From: an uncultured Flavobacteriaceae bacterium
Lineage (GTDB): Bacteria > Bacteroidota > Bacteroidia > Flavobacteriales > Flavobacteriaceae
Direction: 5' to 3'
DNA: 64,000 nucleotides
Assembly (NCBI GenBank): GCA_964631875.1
Contig: CAZWAN010000004.1
Location: 13,998-77,997, forward strand
Part shown: positions 48,425 to 57,421 of the stretch, one piece after another
Layout of the letters: every line of letters begins with the position of its first letter
Numbering within the stretch: the stretch's first letter is position 1
Notes under the pieces: generated by a model
Database searches by the model: none
Told to the model about the DNA's origin: nothing
What the model saw: the letters and a program-made list of their open reading frames with translations, nothing else
Program-made: the position numbers and the translations under genes

Positions 48425-50452
48425 TTAGGGGATAGAAGGAGAAATAACAATTTTTTCTTGTTGTTTGGCAATGGCCAGTTCGTATTGTTTTTTTAATTCC
48501 GGATATATGTTCGATGGAATGACGGCCTTATTCATTTTTGCCTGATAGATCACCTCAATTTTATCTTTTATTACCTCTGTTTTGATGATAAATGAACCGA
48601 GACCAGATGACAAGCCGATCGCCATTTCTTCGGGTAAGGATTCAACTTGATAACCTTGAGGGATTTTTATCGATATTCTGTAATCCTCGAGCCAGGGTGT
48701 TGCAAAATCAACCGGAAAATTTCTTTCATCCAATTTAAACGGATTTTCACTTTCGGCAAGAAATAAAAGTGGAGAGAAATAAATTTTTCCATTGATCAAA
48801 TCAACTTGATTTATAGCGCTAAACTTTACTAGTTCTTGTATATTTTTATAGTTGTCGTCAAGGTTATTGATGCGCAATTGTTGAATTTCAAAATTGGTAT
48901 AATCAGATTCGATTTTTGTCTTTTGTTCTTCCTCTGTCAATGTTTCAAATTTTTCACGAAAGATCATGGCATTAACGTTTGACAAATTTGCAATCAATGT
49001 TCCTTCAATTGTACCATCAGTATTTATATTGCAGGAAAGTTTTACATTTTTTTCACTGTGCTCAGATGGATATAAAGGTATCTGGACTGAACTGCCATCT
49101 ACTTTTACCAGCCTTCCAAACCAATTAAGGTCTCTTATTGGAAGTAAGTTTGGCGCGGCATGTTTATCTGTGGCATCCATAAGCACATAGTTTCCGGCCA
49201 GTTCTACCGCAGCAATTACATAATTAAAACCTTCATGCGTTGGATTCATTGGAATTCCATGACTTCGGGTACTTAGCAAAACCGGATGAGCATTTATACC
49301 CGCTTCTTGGAGCATTGCAACCAAGGTTAGGTTGATATCAGCCACGTTGCCCGTACCCTCTTGATAAGCCGACCTTATACCTCCTTCTGAGGTATAAAAT
49401 CCGTTTTTTTCATTCCAGCTAAACTTATGTTTTATAAACTCAAAAATGGCAACAGTCAATTCATTAGTCGTATTTGTCTGAGATTTTATTAGTTCGAGGT
49501 CATTTTTAAAATAGTTTGATCTTTTCAATTGACCGCCAAAACGATCACTTTCATAAATTGTTTTTACGACATCTTCCCAATTTGAATTGTAAAATTTAGG
49601 AATACCATTTGTTGGCCTGTAGGCCAAGATCTCAAAATCTAATATAGCGCGATAATTGTCTAAAGAGCTTATGTACGGTTCTTCTTTTAAAGCCGGGATA
49701 TTTTCTTGACTAATCGTATATATTGCTTCTTTAATTTGTGTACTGCCATAATTAACTTTTGATGAAGTAACACCACCTCCCCATCCGTTAGTAGTTCTTT
49801 CCAAATTGGAATAGTTAACTATTTGGCTATCGCTTCCTACTTTATATGCAATGGGATAATATGTACTGGGAGTTACCTTAAATTCAAGAAATTCAGGCAC
49901 TTTAATGCTCACTTCAAGTTTTTTAATAGGAATATCATATTGACAGATCACATCATCTATATAATTATAAAAGGGTGAGTCAATCGTATATTCCCACTCC
50001 ACAACGCTACCTTCCTTCAGGTTGGGTAAGGTGAAATTTCTGCCTTGCCAATTTTCAGAAATTTCTTCCGAAAAAATGTCGTCTTTTTCGAGTTTGGTTT
50101 TTTCCATTTTTCCATTCTCCAGATTATAGGTGTAGGCTTTTATAGAAATAATTTCATTTTCCCCTTTATCCGTATATAGTCTGACTTTTTTTGTAGCTGA
50201 ATCAAATCCATTTTTATTATAAATTTTTATTCTTTCATGTACTTTGGTATGGAGTATCCATCCCAAATTATCTCTATAAGAATAAAAGCTTTCTCTATTT
50301 TTAAATAAAACTACCGCATTGGCAGCTGTATCTTGGTGATAAAACTTTTCTTCAAGTTCTTCTTTACTTACTTTTCCAAATTTTATGTCTTGAGCCGATA
50401 AACTGAAAGAAATGAGGAGGGTGAGTGCAAGGTATAAAAAGGAGTATCTCAT
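48425..50452 (-). CDS. DUF3857/transglutaminase-like superfamily protein with a degenerate active site
   Basis: Signal peptide. Architecture parallels the upstream paralogue, but the core aligns as GTGNVADIN (Val for Cys) and FNYVIAAV (Tyr for His). Confidence 0.55.
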   Translation of the reverse strand: MRYSFLYLALTLLISFSLSAQDIKFGKVSKEELEEKFYHQDTAANAVVLFKNRESFYSYRDNLGWILHTKVHERIKIYNKNGFDSATKKVRLYTDKGENEIISIKAYTYNLENGKMEKTKLEKDDIFSEEISENWQGRNFTLPNLKEGSVVEWEYTIDSPFYNYIDDVICQYDIPIKKLEVSIKVPEFLEFKVTPSTYYPIAYKVGSDSQIVNYSNLERTTNGWGGGVTSSKVNYGSTQIKEAIYTISQENIPALKEEPYISSLDNYRAILDFEILAYRPTNGIPKFYNSNWEDVVKTIYESDRFGGQLKRSNYFKNDLELIKSQTNTTNELTVAIFEFIKHKFSWNEKNGFYTSEGGIRSAYQEGTGNVADINLTLVAMLQEAGINAHPVLLSTRSHGIPMNPTHEGFNYVIAAVELAGNYVLMDATDKHAAPNLLPIRDLNWFGRLVKVDGSSVQIPLYPSEHSEKNVKLSCNINTDGTIEGTLIANLSNVNAMIFREKFETLTEEEQKTKIESDYTNFEIQQLRINNLDDNYKNIQELVKFSAINQVDLINGKIYFSPLLFLAESENPFKLDERNFPVDFATPWLEDYRISIKIPQGYQVESLPEEMAIGLSSGLGSFIIKTEVIKDKIEVIYQAKMNKAVIPSNIYPELKKQYELAIAKQQEKIVISPSIP

Positions 50453-52356
50453 GAATTATTTGATTTTAGGATTACCATTTTCGAGTTATCAATTTGTAGG
50501 ATAAGTTTTCTAAATTCGAGGTATGCAGCATATTTTTCTGCCTCATACTTTCCCTCATTCACGGTTAAAGACCGGGTATATTTCACCTCATGTTCATTTA
50601 ATTTTTCAATGGTCAGGGAATACGTACCAAATAAAGTACTTACTGTTTTGGTTTCGGGCATTGCCTCAATTTTATACGTTTCAGGAATGTGAACTACTAC
50701 TTCATCTATATCTTGGTAGCCCGTTTTTAAAATAAAAGGAAATTTTCTGTCCTGTTCCTTTCTGGGTATTGAAGTCATGAGGTTAAATGCATTTAACCTA
50801 ATAAGCATTCTGTTACCCGCATTCATGCCATATTTTTTTGCTTCAAAAGATAGATCTTCCATAAAATAGCCATCTTTATATTCCATTGTTGGATTAATTT
50901 GTTCCAGTTTGATATTGTTGATTTCTGAAAAGTATTTTTTGTAATATCGTTCTCTTTCTAAGGGTTCGAGATCGGCGGTGAAGTAATGATCGTCTAATTG
51001 AGCACCTTTTGTTTCAATTTTTAGATTCGCAATAAGATTACCCGCTTCGTCAATTTTGTAATTTCCGATGGTATGTTGCAGATTTTCATGTGCTTTATAT
51101 GATTTTGTCCGAATTATTTTTCCACCTTCTGAGGTCATCACCAAAGCATTTCTGTCGTCAGTAAAATCCCCCAAATGGCCAAAGGGAACTTTTTGGTTTG
51201 TGCATTCCAACCATACCGTATCCTTTGCAAACGGAACCATTAATATGGCATGATTACCTTGCATTACTGGAATTTCTGAATCAATATCTTTTTTTTCATC
51301 GGCCCAAATCACCGTGTAATAAGATTTTATGCCCACTGTTTGAAGTAATGAAGAAGTGTAGTTAGTAAGTGCTTTGCAATCTCCGTACCCTAATGCATCT
51401 ACTTCTTTTGCATGCATAGGTTTCCATCCGCCAATACCAATTTGAATACTGATATATCGAGTTTTGTCTTGCATGTATTTATAGATCAATTTTGCTTTTT
51501 CAACAGGGTCTTCAATGTCTTTGACGAGCTGTTGAACTGTTGCAACCGTTTTTGGATTCAATTCATTTTGTCCTACGAGTAAATGATCATTATACCATTT
51601 ACCAAATTCCAACCAATTGTTGGCCTCGCCGTCAACACCTGCCAAGCTGAACTTATTTGGTGCCAATTTTACCATTGGCACAATATCCTCTATTTTAGGA
51701 CCTAGGGTTTCAGGAGTTATTGCTTGAAGACCTGCAAATTCATATCGGATCAATTCATTTTGAACAGTTTTTTTGAAGTCAAACCCTTCCGTATTTATTT
51801 CCTTTATTTGAATTGATATATCTGAAGGATATGTTATTTGATAGGTGCATTGTTCAACGCTCACTCTATAATTGTTCACAGCAATAAATGCCGGAATAAA
51901 TGCAGTGTTTGAGGTTTGTATCTCGTAAGATCTTTCTATGGTAAAAGGATATTGGGTTGGAGTGTAGGTATAAGTTAGAATCTTATTATCGTTGTATAGC
52001 GAAAACCCATCAGCGGCGGCATATTCTTTAAAATCACTTTTTTTTATTTTTTTAATCTGATTTCCATCTTTATCAAAGATGATTATTTCTGCTTTTTTAA
52101 TTGTGCTGTGATCATCAAACCCTAAAGAAAGAGAATTATAATCATCCATCGATTTGTTGAATACGGTCACAACGAATGTTGCCCGATGTAGCATTTTGTC
52201 TTGGGCTATAAATTCTATTTCCACGTCATCGTGACGCACAACCGCTGAAGCATCTTTCTTCAGATCTTCAGGTATAAGTGAAATATCATAATTGTTTTGT
52301 GAAAAAGTAAAAAGGGGAAGTAAAAAAATGAGCAGGTTGATGCGCCTTGAATGCAT
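50449..52356 (-). CDS. DUF3857 domain plus transglutaminase-like cysteine protease core protein
   Basis: Signal peptide. Transglutaminase core GYGDCKALTNY (Cys327, codon 51376-51378), then QGNHAILMV (His) and a KDTVWLE Asp candidate. Confidence 0.6.
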   Translation of the reverse strand: MHSRRINLLIFLLPLFTFSQNNYDISLIPEDLKKDASAVVRHDDVEIEFIAQDKMLHRATFVVTVFNKSMDDYNSLSLGFDDHSTIKKAEIIIFDKDGNQIKKIKKSDFKEYAAADGFSLYNDNKILTYTYTPTQYPFTIERSYEIQTSNTAFIPAFIAVNNYRVSVEQCTYQITYPSDISIQIKEINTEGFDFKKTVQNELIRYEFAGLQAITPETLGPKIEDIVPMVKLAPNKFSLAGVDGEANNWLEFGKWYNDHLLVGQNELNPKTVATVQQLVKDIEDPVEKAKLIYKYMQDKTRYISIQIGIGGWKPMHAKEVDALGYGDCKALTNYTSSLLQTVGIKSYYTVIWADEKKDIDSEIPVMQGNHAILMVPFAKDTVWLECTNQKVPFGHLGDFTDDRNALVMTSEGGKIIRTKSYKAHENLQHTIGNYKIDEAGNLIANLKIETKGAQLDDHYFTADLEPLERERYYKKYFSEINNIKLEQINPTMEYKDGYFMEDLSFEAKKYGMNAGNRMLIRLNAFNLMTSIPRKEQDRKFPFILKTGYQDIDEVVVHIPETYKIEAMPETKTVSTLFGTYSLTIEKLNEHEVKYTRSLTVNEGKYEAEKYAAYLEFRKLILQIDNSKMVILKSNNS

Positions 52357-52372
52357 AAATAGGGTATTGGAT

Positions 52373-52825
52373 TTATTCTTTGTTCTTCGAGTCGATGATG
52401 ATGGTTACGGGTCCGTCATTGAGTAAAGAGACTTTCATATCGGCCCCAAAAATGCCCGTTTTTATATTTTTGTTTAAGTCGTTTTCTAATTGAGAAACGA
52501 ATTTTTTGTAAAGAGGAACTGCAATTTCGGGAATGGCAGCCTGGATGTAGGAAGGGCGGTTACCCTTTTTTGTACTTGCCAACAAAGTGAATTGGCTAAC
52601 AACCAGGGCATCGCCATTTATATCGATGACTGATTTGTTCATCACTTCATTTTCATCGTTAAATATTCTGAGTTGGGCTATTTTTTTTGAAAGCCAGACA
52701 ATATCATTCTCATTATCTTCATTGGAAATTCCCAATAAAACGAGCAATCCCTGATCGATTTGGCTAAATATTTTCCCTTCTATAGAGACCGAGGCTTGAA
52801 GTACCCTTTGAATAACTGCTTTCAT
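52373..52825 (-). CDS. dtd: D-aminoacyl-tRNA deacylase
   Basis: MKAVIQRV start, SQFTL and NDGPVT motifs; 150 aa. Confidence 0.9.
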   Translation of the reverse strand: MKAVIQRVLQASVSIEGKIFSQIDQGLLVLLGISNEDNENDIVWLSKKIAQLRIFNDENEVMNKSVIDINGDALVVSQFTLLASTKKGNRPSYIQAAIPEIAVPLYKKFVSQLENDLNKNIKTGIFGADMKVSLLNDGPVTIIIDSKNKE

Positions 52826-53028
52826 CCTAAAACCACTCAGGGTTCAACTGTCAACCCTTTTTATGAGTAAAAAATTAATCATTCATAGAATCATGAACGC
52901 AGGGGGAAAAATAATATTGGCTAATTAATGACTTTATTTTTAAAAATAAAACTAAAAATTAACTTTTTTAACAAAATATTTACAATAAAATGATATTCAA
53001 ATAGTTATTGATTTTCGAATTTTCATCC

Positions 53029-53976
53029 CTATTCGAAAAAATCTGTCCGGTAATGCTCTTCTTCACCTGCAAGAATTTGAAGGTAACTTTTATAACGGGT
53101 AGCAGCAATTTCACCTTCTTCTACAGCTTTTTTTACAGCACATTTTGGTTCATTTACGTGAAGACAATTGCTGAACTTGCACTGAGATTTTAAAGCGAAT
53201 ATTTCAGGAAAGAAATCTCCTACTTCTTCATCAGAAAAATCTACAACACCAAAACCTTTGATACCCGGTGTATCTATGATATAGCTTTCGGGATTTGTTG
53301 GAAGAATAAACATTTCAGCAAAAGTAGTCGTATGTTGCCCCTGTTTATGTTGACTAGAAATTTCTGCAATCTTTAAGTTTAGATGCGGTGCAATTTTATT
53401 GATAAGTGAGGATTTACCCACTCCCGAATGGCCAGAAAACATCGAGACTTTTCCTAACATTTCATGTTGCACCAAATCAATGTTCAAACCAGTTTTTACA
53501 GAAATTTCTATGCATTTATAACCGATGTTCATATATAGTGCCAAGAGGTCATCTTTTTTCTGAATTAATTCCTCGTTGGTGTAAAGATCAATTTTATTGA
53601 ATAACAGAATAGCGGGAATATCGTAGGCTTCAGCAGTGGCCAGAAATCGATCGATAAAAGAAGGGAAAGTAGGAGGTTCATCTATGGTCACCAATAGAAA
53701 AGCGACATCTATATTGGCCGCAATAATGTGTGTTTGCTTGGAAAGTTTGACAGATTTTCGAATGATATAGTTCTTCCTGTCATGAATTTTTGTGATCACA
53801 CCGGTATTTTCATTCTCTTCCATTTCAAGGGTAACATGATCTCCAACGGTTACCGGGTTAGTACTTTTGATACCTTGCATCCGGAATTTACCCTTTATTC
53901 TGCAGGCTATGTCGCGATTTTTAACATGAACTGTATACCAACTTCCAGTAGACTTTATAACAACACCTTGCATCAA
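53029..53976 (-). CDS. rsgA: ribosome small-subunit-dependent GTPase A
   Basis: N-terminal OB fold, circularly permuted GTPase (NKIDL ... GHSGVGKSSLIN ... DTPG), and C-terminal zinc knuckle CKFSNCLHVNEPKCAV. Confidence 0.9.
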   Translation of the reverse strand: MMQGVVIKSTGSWYTVHVKNRDIACRIKGKFRMQGIKSTNPVTVGDHVTLEMEENENTGVITKIHDRKNYIIRKSVKLSKQTHIIAANIDVAFLLVTIDEPPTFPSFIDRFLATAEAYDIPAILLFNKIDLYTNEELIQKKDDLLALYMNIGYKCIEISVKTGLNIDLVQHEMLGKVSMFSGHSGVGKSSLINKIAPHLNLKIAEISSQHKQGQHTTTFAEMFILPTNPESYIIDTPGIKGFGVVDFSDEEVGDFFPEIFALKSQCKFSNCLHVNEPKCAVKKAVEEGEIAATRYKSYLQILAGEEEHYRTDFFE

Positions 53977-54127
53977 AATTTTTGAATGAATTTAGAAAGT
54001 GCAAATTACATTTTTATTGCGAAACTTACTAAATCTGCCTTTCAAAGCGTGTTAAAGATGATTAAAATGTTATGGATTACCCGGTAATGGATATATTAAC
54101 AAAACTCAAAAAATTCTACAATTTTGC

Positions 54128-54135
54128 TATATTTG
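54128..54135 (+). promoter_or_regulatory. Bacteroidota-type -7 promoter element
   Basis: Exact TAnnTTTG match (TATATTTG) 23 nt upstream of ATG 54159. It lies inside the longer ORF-track model, which supports the shorter start. Confidence 0.4.
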
Positions 54136-54158
54136 ATGAGCTTTCTAATTTAAACTTT

Positions 54159-55202
54159 ATGAAAATACTAAAATACATACTGCTACTTATTTTAATCCTC
54201 ATTGTAATTGGAGCCATTTATTTGGCCACATTAGACGGGAAATATGAGGTGACCCGGTCTAGAATCATTAAGGCAGAACCCGAGTTGATTTTTAACGAAT
54301 TGAATGATTACAGAAATTGGGAAGCCTGGGGACCTTGGTATGAACAAGACTCCACTATTCAAGAGACTTATGCTGCCAATACAGTAGGTGAAGGTGCCAG
54401 TTATTCATGGACCGGTAAAGATGGTAAGGGAATGATGAAAACAGTTAGTACAGACAAACCAAATAGAATTGATCAGGAAATCGTTTTTGAAACTCCATTT
54501 GGAGATATGCTCTCAGAAAATGATTGGATACTTGAAAAAGTAGATGGAGGCACAAAATTAACATGGACCATGAAAGGAGAATTAGATTTTTTCTCGAGAT
54601 TTATGGCAGGAGGGATGGATGAAGCCATGGGACCTATGGAAGAAAGAGGTCTAGAATTATTAGATCATACAATCCAAAAGAAGATGAAAGAATTTAGTAT
54701 AACCCACAATGGTTTAGTAGATTATAGTGGCGGCTTTTTTCTTTTTACTACGACTTCGAGTTCAATTGATGAAATAGGGGCAAAATATCCTATTATGATG
54801 TTAAAAGTAAATGCTTTTATTAATTCAAATAATGTAAGAACAACTGGAAGTCCATTTACCATTTACCACAAGTACGATGAAGAAGGTGGAACAGCGATGT
54901 ATTCCGTTTGTTATCCCATTTCTGAAAAAATGATTACACCTCTTGGAAGTGATATTGTTTCCGGTTTTATGAATAGAGGGATGTATTTTAAAACAACCCT
55001 AAAAGGCGGGTATGAAAATTCTGAAAATGCTTGGACCGAGGCTTATGATGAAGCGGCAAAGTTGCCGGATTATGATATTGACGACAAAGGTGAACCTTTT
55101 GAAATTTATGTAAATGCGCCGATGAACACACCAAATCCGGCAGATTTAATTACTGAAATTTACATACCGATGAAGGAAAATACCATTTCTATAACTGAAT
55201 AA
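54159..55202 (+). CDS. membrane-anchored SRPBCC-like domain fused to a GyrI-like/effector-binding-like domain protein
   Basis: N-terminal TM helix (ILKYILLLILILIVIGAIYL). Polyketide-cyclase/SRPBCC-like segment (YRNWEAWGPW...). The C-terminal half resembles GyrI-like small-molecule-binding domains. Confidence 0.5.
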   Translation: MKILKYILLLILILIVIGAIYLATLDGKYEVTRSRIIKAEPELIFNELNDYRNWEAWGPWYEQDSTIQETYAANTVGEGASYSWTGKDGKGMMKTVSTDKPNRIDQEIVFETPFGDMLSENDWILEKVDGGTKLTWTMKGELDFFSRFMAGGMDEAMGPMEERGLELLDHTIQKKMKEFSITHNGLVDYSGGFFLFTTTSSSIDEIGAKYPIMMLKVNAFINSNNVRTTGSPFTIYHKYDEEGGTAMYSVCYPISEKMITPLGSDIVSGFMNRGMYFKTTLKGGYENSENAWTEAYDEAAKLPDYDIDDKGEPFEIYVNAPMNTPNPADLITEIYIPMKENTISITE

Positions 55203-55211
55203 TAAAAGAAG

Positions 55212-55239
55212 ATCCAAGCCAAAAAGCTTGGATTTTTTT
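55212..55239. terminator. bidirectional intrinsic terminator
   Basis: ATCCAAGC-CAAAAA-GCTTGGAT stem-loop followed by TTTTTTT. The T-run overlaps the stop codon of convergent tag. Confidence 0.75.
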
Positions 55240-55798
55240 ATTGTAATTCTTTGTATCTAAAACAATTGATCACATGGTCATTCACCATTCCTGTGGCTTG
55301 CATATGCGCATAAATAACGGTTGAACCTACAAACTTGAAGCCTCTTTTTTTCAAGTCTTTTGAAAGTTGATCGGAAATTGCTGAGGTAGCGGGTAATTCA
55401 GACATGTTTTTCCACTCATTTAAGATGGGTTGATGGTTTACATATTTCCAGATATAATTTGAAAAACTGCCAAATTCCTGTTGAACTTTTATGAAATTTT
55501 GGGCATTGATCACGGCGGCTTTAATTTTTAACCGATTTCTAATAATGCCTGCATCGTTGATTAAACTTTCTATTTTTTTTTCGTCATATAAGGCAATCTT
55601 GTTGAAATCAAAATTGTCGAAAGCCTTTCTAAAATTTTCTCTCTTTTTGAGCACTGTAATCCAGCTGAGACCTGCCTGAAATGTTTCTAAAATGAGGTAT
55701 TCGAAAATTTTCTGATCTTCAAAAACCGCAACTCCCCATTCCGTATCGTGATAATTTACATATAGTGGATCTTCTCCACACCATGCACATCTGTTCAT
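55238..55798 (-). CDS. tag: DNA-3-methyladenine glycosylase I
   Basis: RCAWCGEDPLYVNYHDTEWG zinc/active-site region and helix-hairpin-helix core; 186 aa. Confidence 0.9.
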   Translation of the reverse strand: MNRCAWCGEDPLYVNYHDTEWGVAVFEDQKIFEYLILETFQAGLSWITVLKKRENFRKAFDNFDFNKIALYDEKKIESLINDAGIIRNRLKIKAAVINAQNFIKVQQEFGSFSNYIWKYVNHQPILNEWKNMSELPATSAISDQLSKDLKKRGFKFVGSTVIYAHMQATGMVNDHVINCFRYKELQ

Positions 55799-56925
55799 AA
55801 TTCAGTTTTATGATATTCAACACCTCTTTTTAACAAATATGCCAAGACATAATGTAAACATCCATCAATTTGGCCAACCAATTCAGGTGGAAGAATACCC
55901 AACCGGTTTAAATGTCCGCTTAACATAAAATTTGCTACTGCAGTAGCAGTATAACCAGTTGTTCTTGCCATTGAAGAAATTCCTGATGCCTCATCAAATC
56001 GATCTAACAAACGATAGATCACTTTTTTTGTTCTGTTTTCAGATTTACCTTCCATTGTAATTTCCATGATCGTAAGTTCCTTTTCTTTCTCCCCCAATTT
56101 CCATTCACCAAATAATAACTTGGAGGTAACATCAATCGGTTTTACCTTATGACCATCGATTTCTATCGGCGTGCTATCAAAGAACCCCGTTTTCTTAAGT
56201 ACTTGAATATATTCCACATGGCCAGGGTAGCGCAATGTTTTTTCTTTCATGTTTTTGATATGAGGCATGGTAAAAATAAGCGAACGCAGACCATCGGAAT
56301 TAAAAGCCTCTAAACTCCCGACTTGATCAAAATCGATCAATTCAAGATCGCTCAAAGCCTCTCTTGTAACCAGAAATCCGTTTTCGACGAATCTCGCTGG
56401 TCTTGTATATTCTTCGATCACGTCAACGGGGGAGAATGGTGCTTTATAATTAAAAGGCCATTTCTTTTCTTCCGGTAAACCGCCAACCATACAGATAAAA
56501 TTTTCTATTTGAAAAAGCTTGTCGTAATGGCCTAAAATAATATTTCCCATTCCTGGTGCTACTCCGCAATCTACTACGGCAGTTACACCATTTTCTATGG
56601 CCAACTCATTTAATTCCAGCGCATTTTCCGGAAAAAATGAAATATCGACTAGGTTCTTTTTGTTCCTTATGATCTTTTTGACCGTTTCAAAACCTAGAAA
56701 ACCCGGTACGGCACAGATTACTAGATCGACCGGTTTTAAAATTTTGGCCAATTCATTTTCATTAGTAACATCTAATAAAATTGTTTTTATACTGCCATTT
56801 TTCTTTTTTATTTTTAGAAGGCTCTCTTCATTTATATCTGCCACAGTCACCGAGTGCTGTGCGGCCATATCAAGGGCCATTGCACTACCTACCATGCCAG
56901 AACCAAGAACGATGATTTGTTTCAT
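55795..56925 (-). CDS. saccharopine dehydrogenase family NAD(P)-dependent oxidoreductase
   Basis: N-terminal VLGSGMVGSA Rossmann motif and the family's ~376-aa two-domain layout. 4-nt overlap with tag. Confidence 0.7.
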   Translation of the reverse strand: MKQIIVLGSGMVGSAMALDMAAQHSVTVADINEESLLKIKKKNGSIKTILLDVTNENELAKILKPVDLVICAVPGFLGFETVKKIIRNKKNLVDISFFPENALELNELAIENGVTAVVDCGVAPGMGNIILGHYDKLFQIENFICMVGGLPEEKKWPFNYKAPFSPVDVIEEYTRPARFVENGFLVTREALSDLELIDFDQVGSLEAFNSDGLRSLIFTMPHIKNMKEKTLRYPGHVEYIQVLKKTGFFDSTPIEIDGHKVKPIDVTSKLLFGEWKLGEKEKELTIMEITMEGKSENRTKKVIYRLLDRFDEASGISSMARTTGYTATAVANFMLSGHLNRLGILPPELVGQIDGCLHYVLAYLLKRGVEYHKTEL

Positions 56926-56977
56926 TTTTACTAATTTTCAGGAAAAGTACAAAAAAGCTTCTAATAGGTCGATTCGA

Positions 56978-57421
56978 ATGGAAAAAGAAAAGTTATTAAA
57001 GATATGTATTGATAAGATACAGGAAAAATTAGATGAACTAAATGCAGAATTGGATTCACTTCAGGAAATACTGAGCAATGAAACAAAAAGTTCGGCAGGA
57101 GATAAATACGAGACCGGAAGATCTATGATCCATGCTGAAATACAAAAGAAAAAGCAACAGAAGTATGAGTGGCTGGAAATGTTGAATATCTGTAAACAAA
57201 TAATTCCAAAACAAACGAATAGAGTGGAATTGGGTAGTTTGGTTCAAACCCATGAATTCAGTTATTTTGTCGCCGTGGGATTAGGCGCTATAAAGTACGA
57301 AGGGGAAAGCATAGTTGCCATTTCGCCCGGCTCGCCACTAGGGCGAGCCTTATGGCAAAAAAAAGTTGGAGATCAATTTCAGGTCAACGGTAAAAAACAA
57401 ACGCTCCTTAATGTGAAATAG
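56978..57421 (+). CDS. GreA/GreB C-terminal-domain protein with short N-terminal coiled coil (Rnk-like)
   Basis: C-terminal VELGSLV...[20 protein letters not shown] matches the GreA/B C-terminal domain signature (IS..SP.G.AL.G...GD). ATG 56978 chosen; the 127 upstream codons are antisense to the neighbouring gene. Confidence 0.65.
   Translation: MEKEKLLKICIDKIQEKLDELNAELDSLQEILSNETKSSAGDKYETGRSMIHAEIQKKKQQKYEWLEMLNICKQIIPKQTNRVELGSLVQTHEFSYFVAVGLGAIKYEGESIVAISPGSPLGRALWQKKVGDQFQVNGKKQTLLNVK

Noticed and set aside
52839-52863. Hairpin AGGGTT-N8-AACCCT followed by TTTTA on the plus strand, in the 200-nt gap between dtd and rsgA
   Set aside because: There is no plus-strand gene upstream to terminate. 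The stem is only 6 bp, and on the minus strand it lacks a T-run. It is probably an incidental or minor 5'-UTR structure of dtd.
56597-56977. 127-codon N-terminal extension of the GreA-like ORF (listed as 56597..57421, 274 aa)
   Set aside because: The extension lies entirely antisense to the well-supported saccharopine dehydrogenase family gene and has no recognisable features. A complete Gre-like protein starts at ATG 56978, just past that gene.
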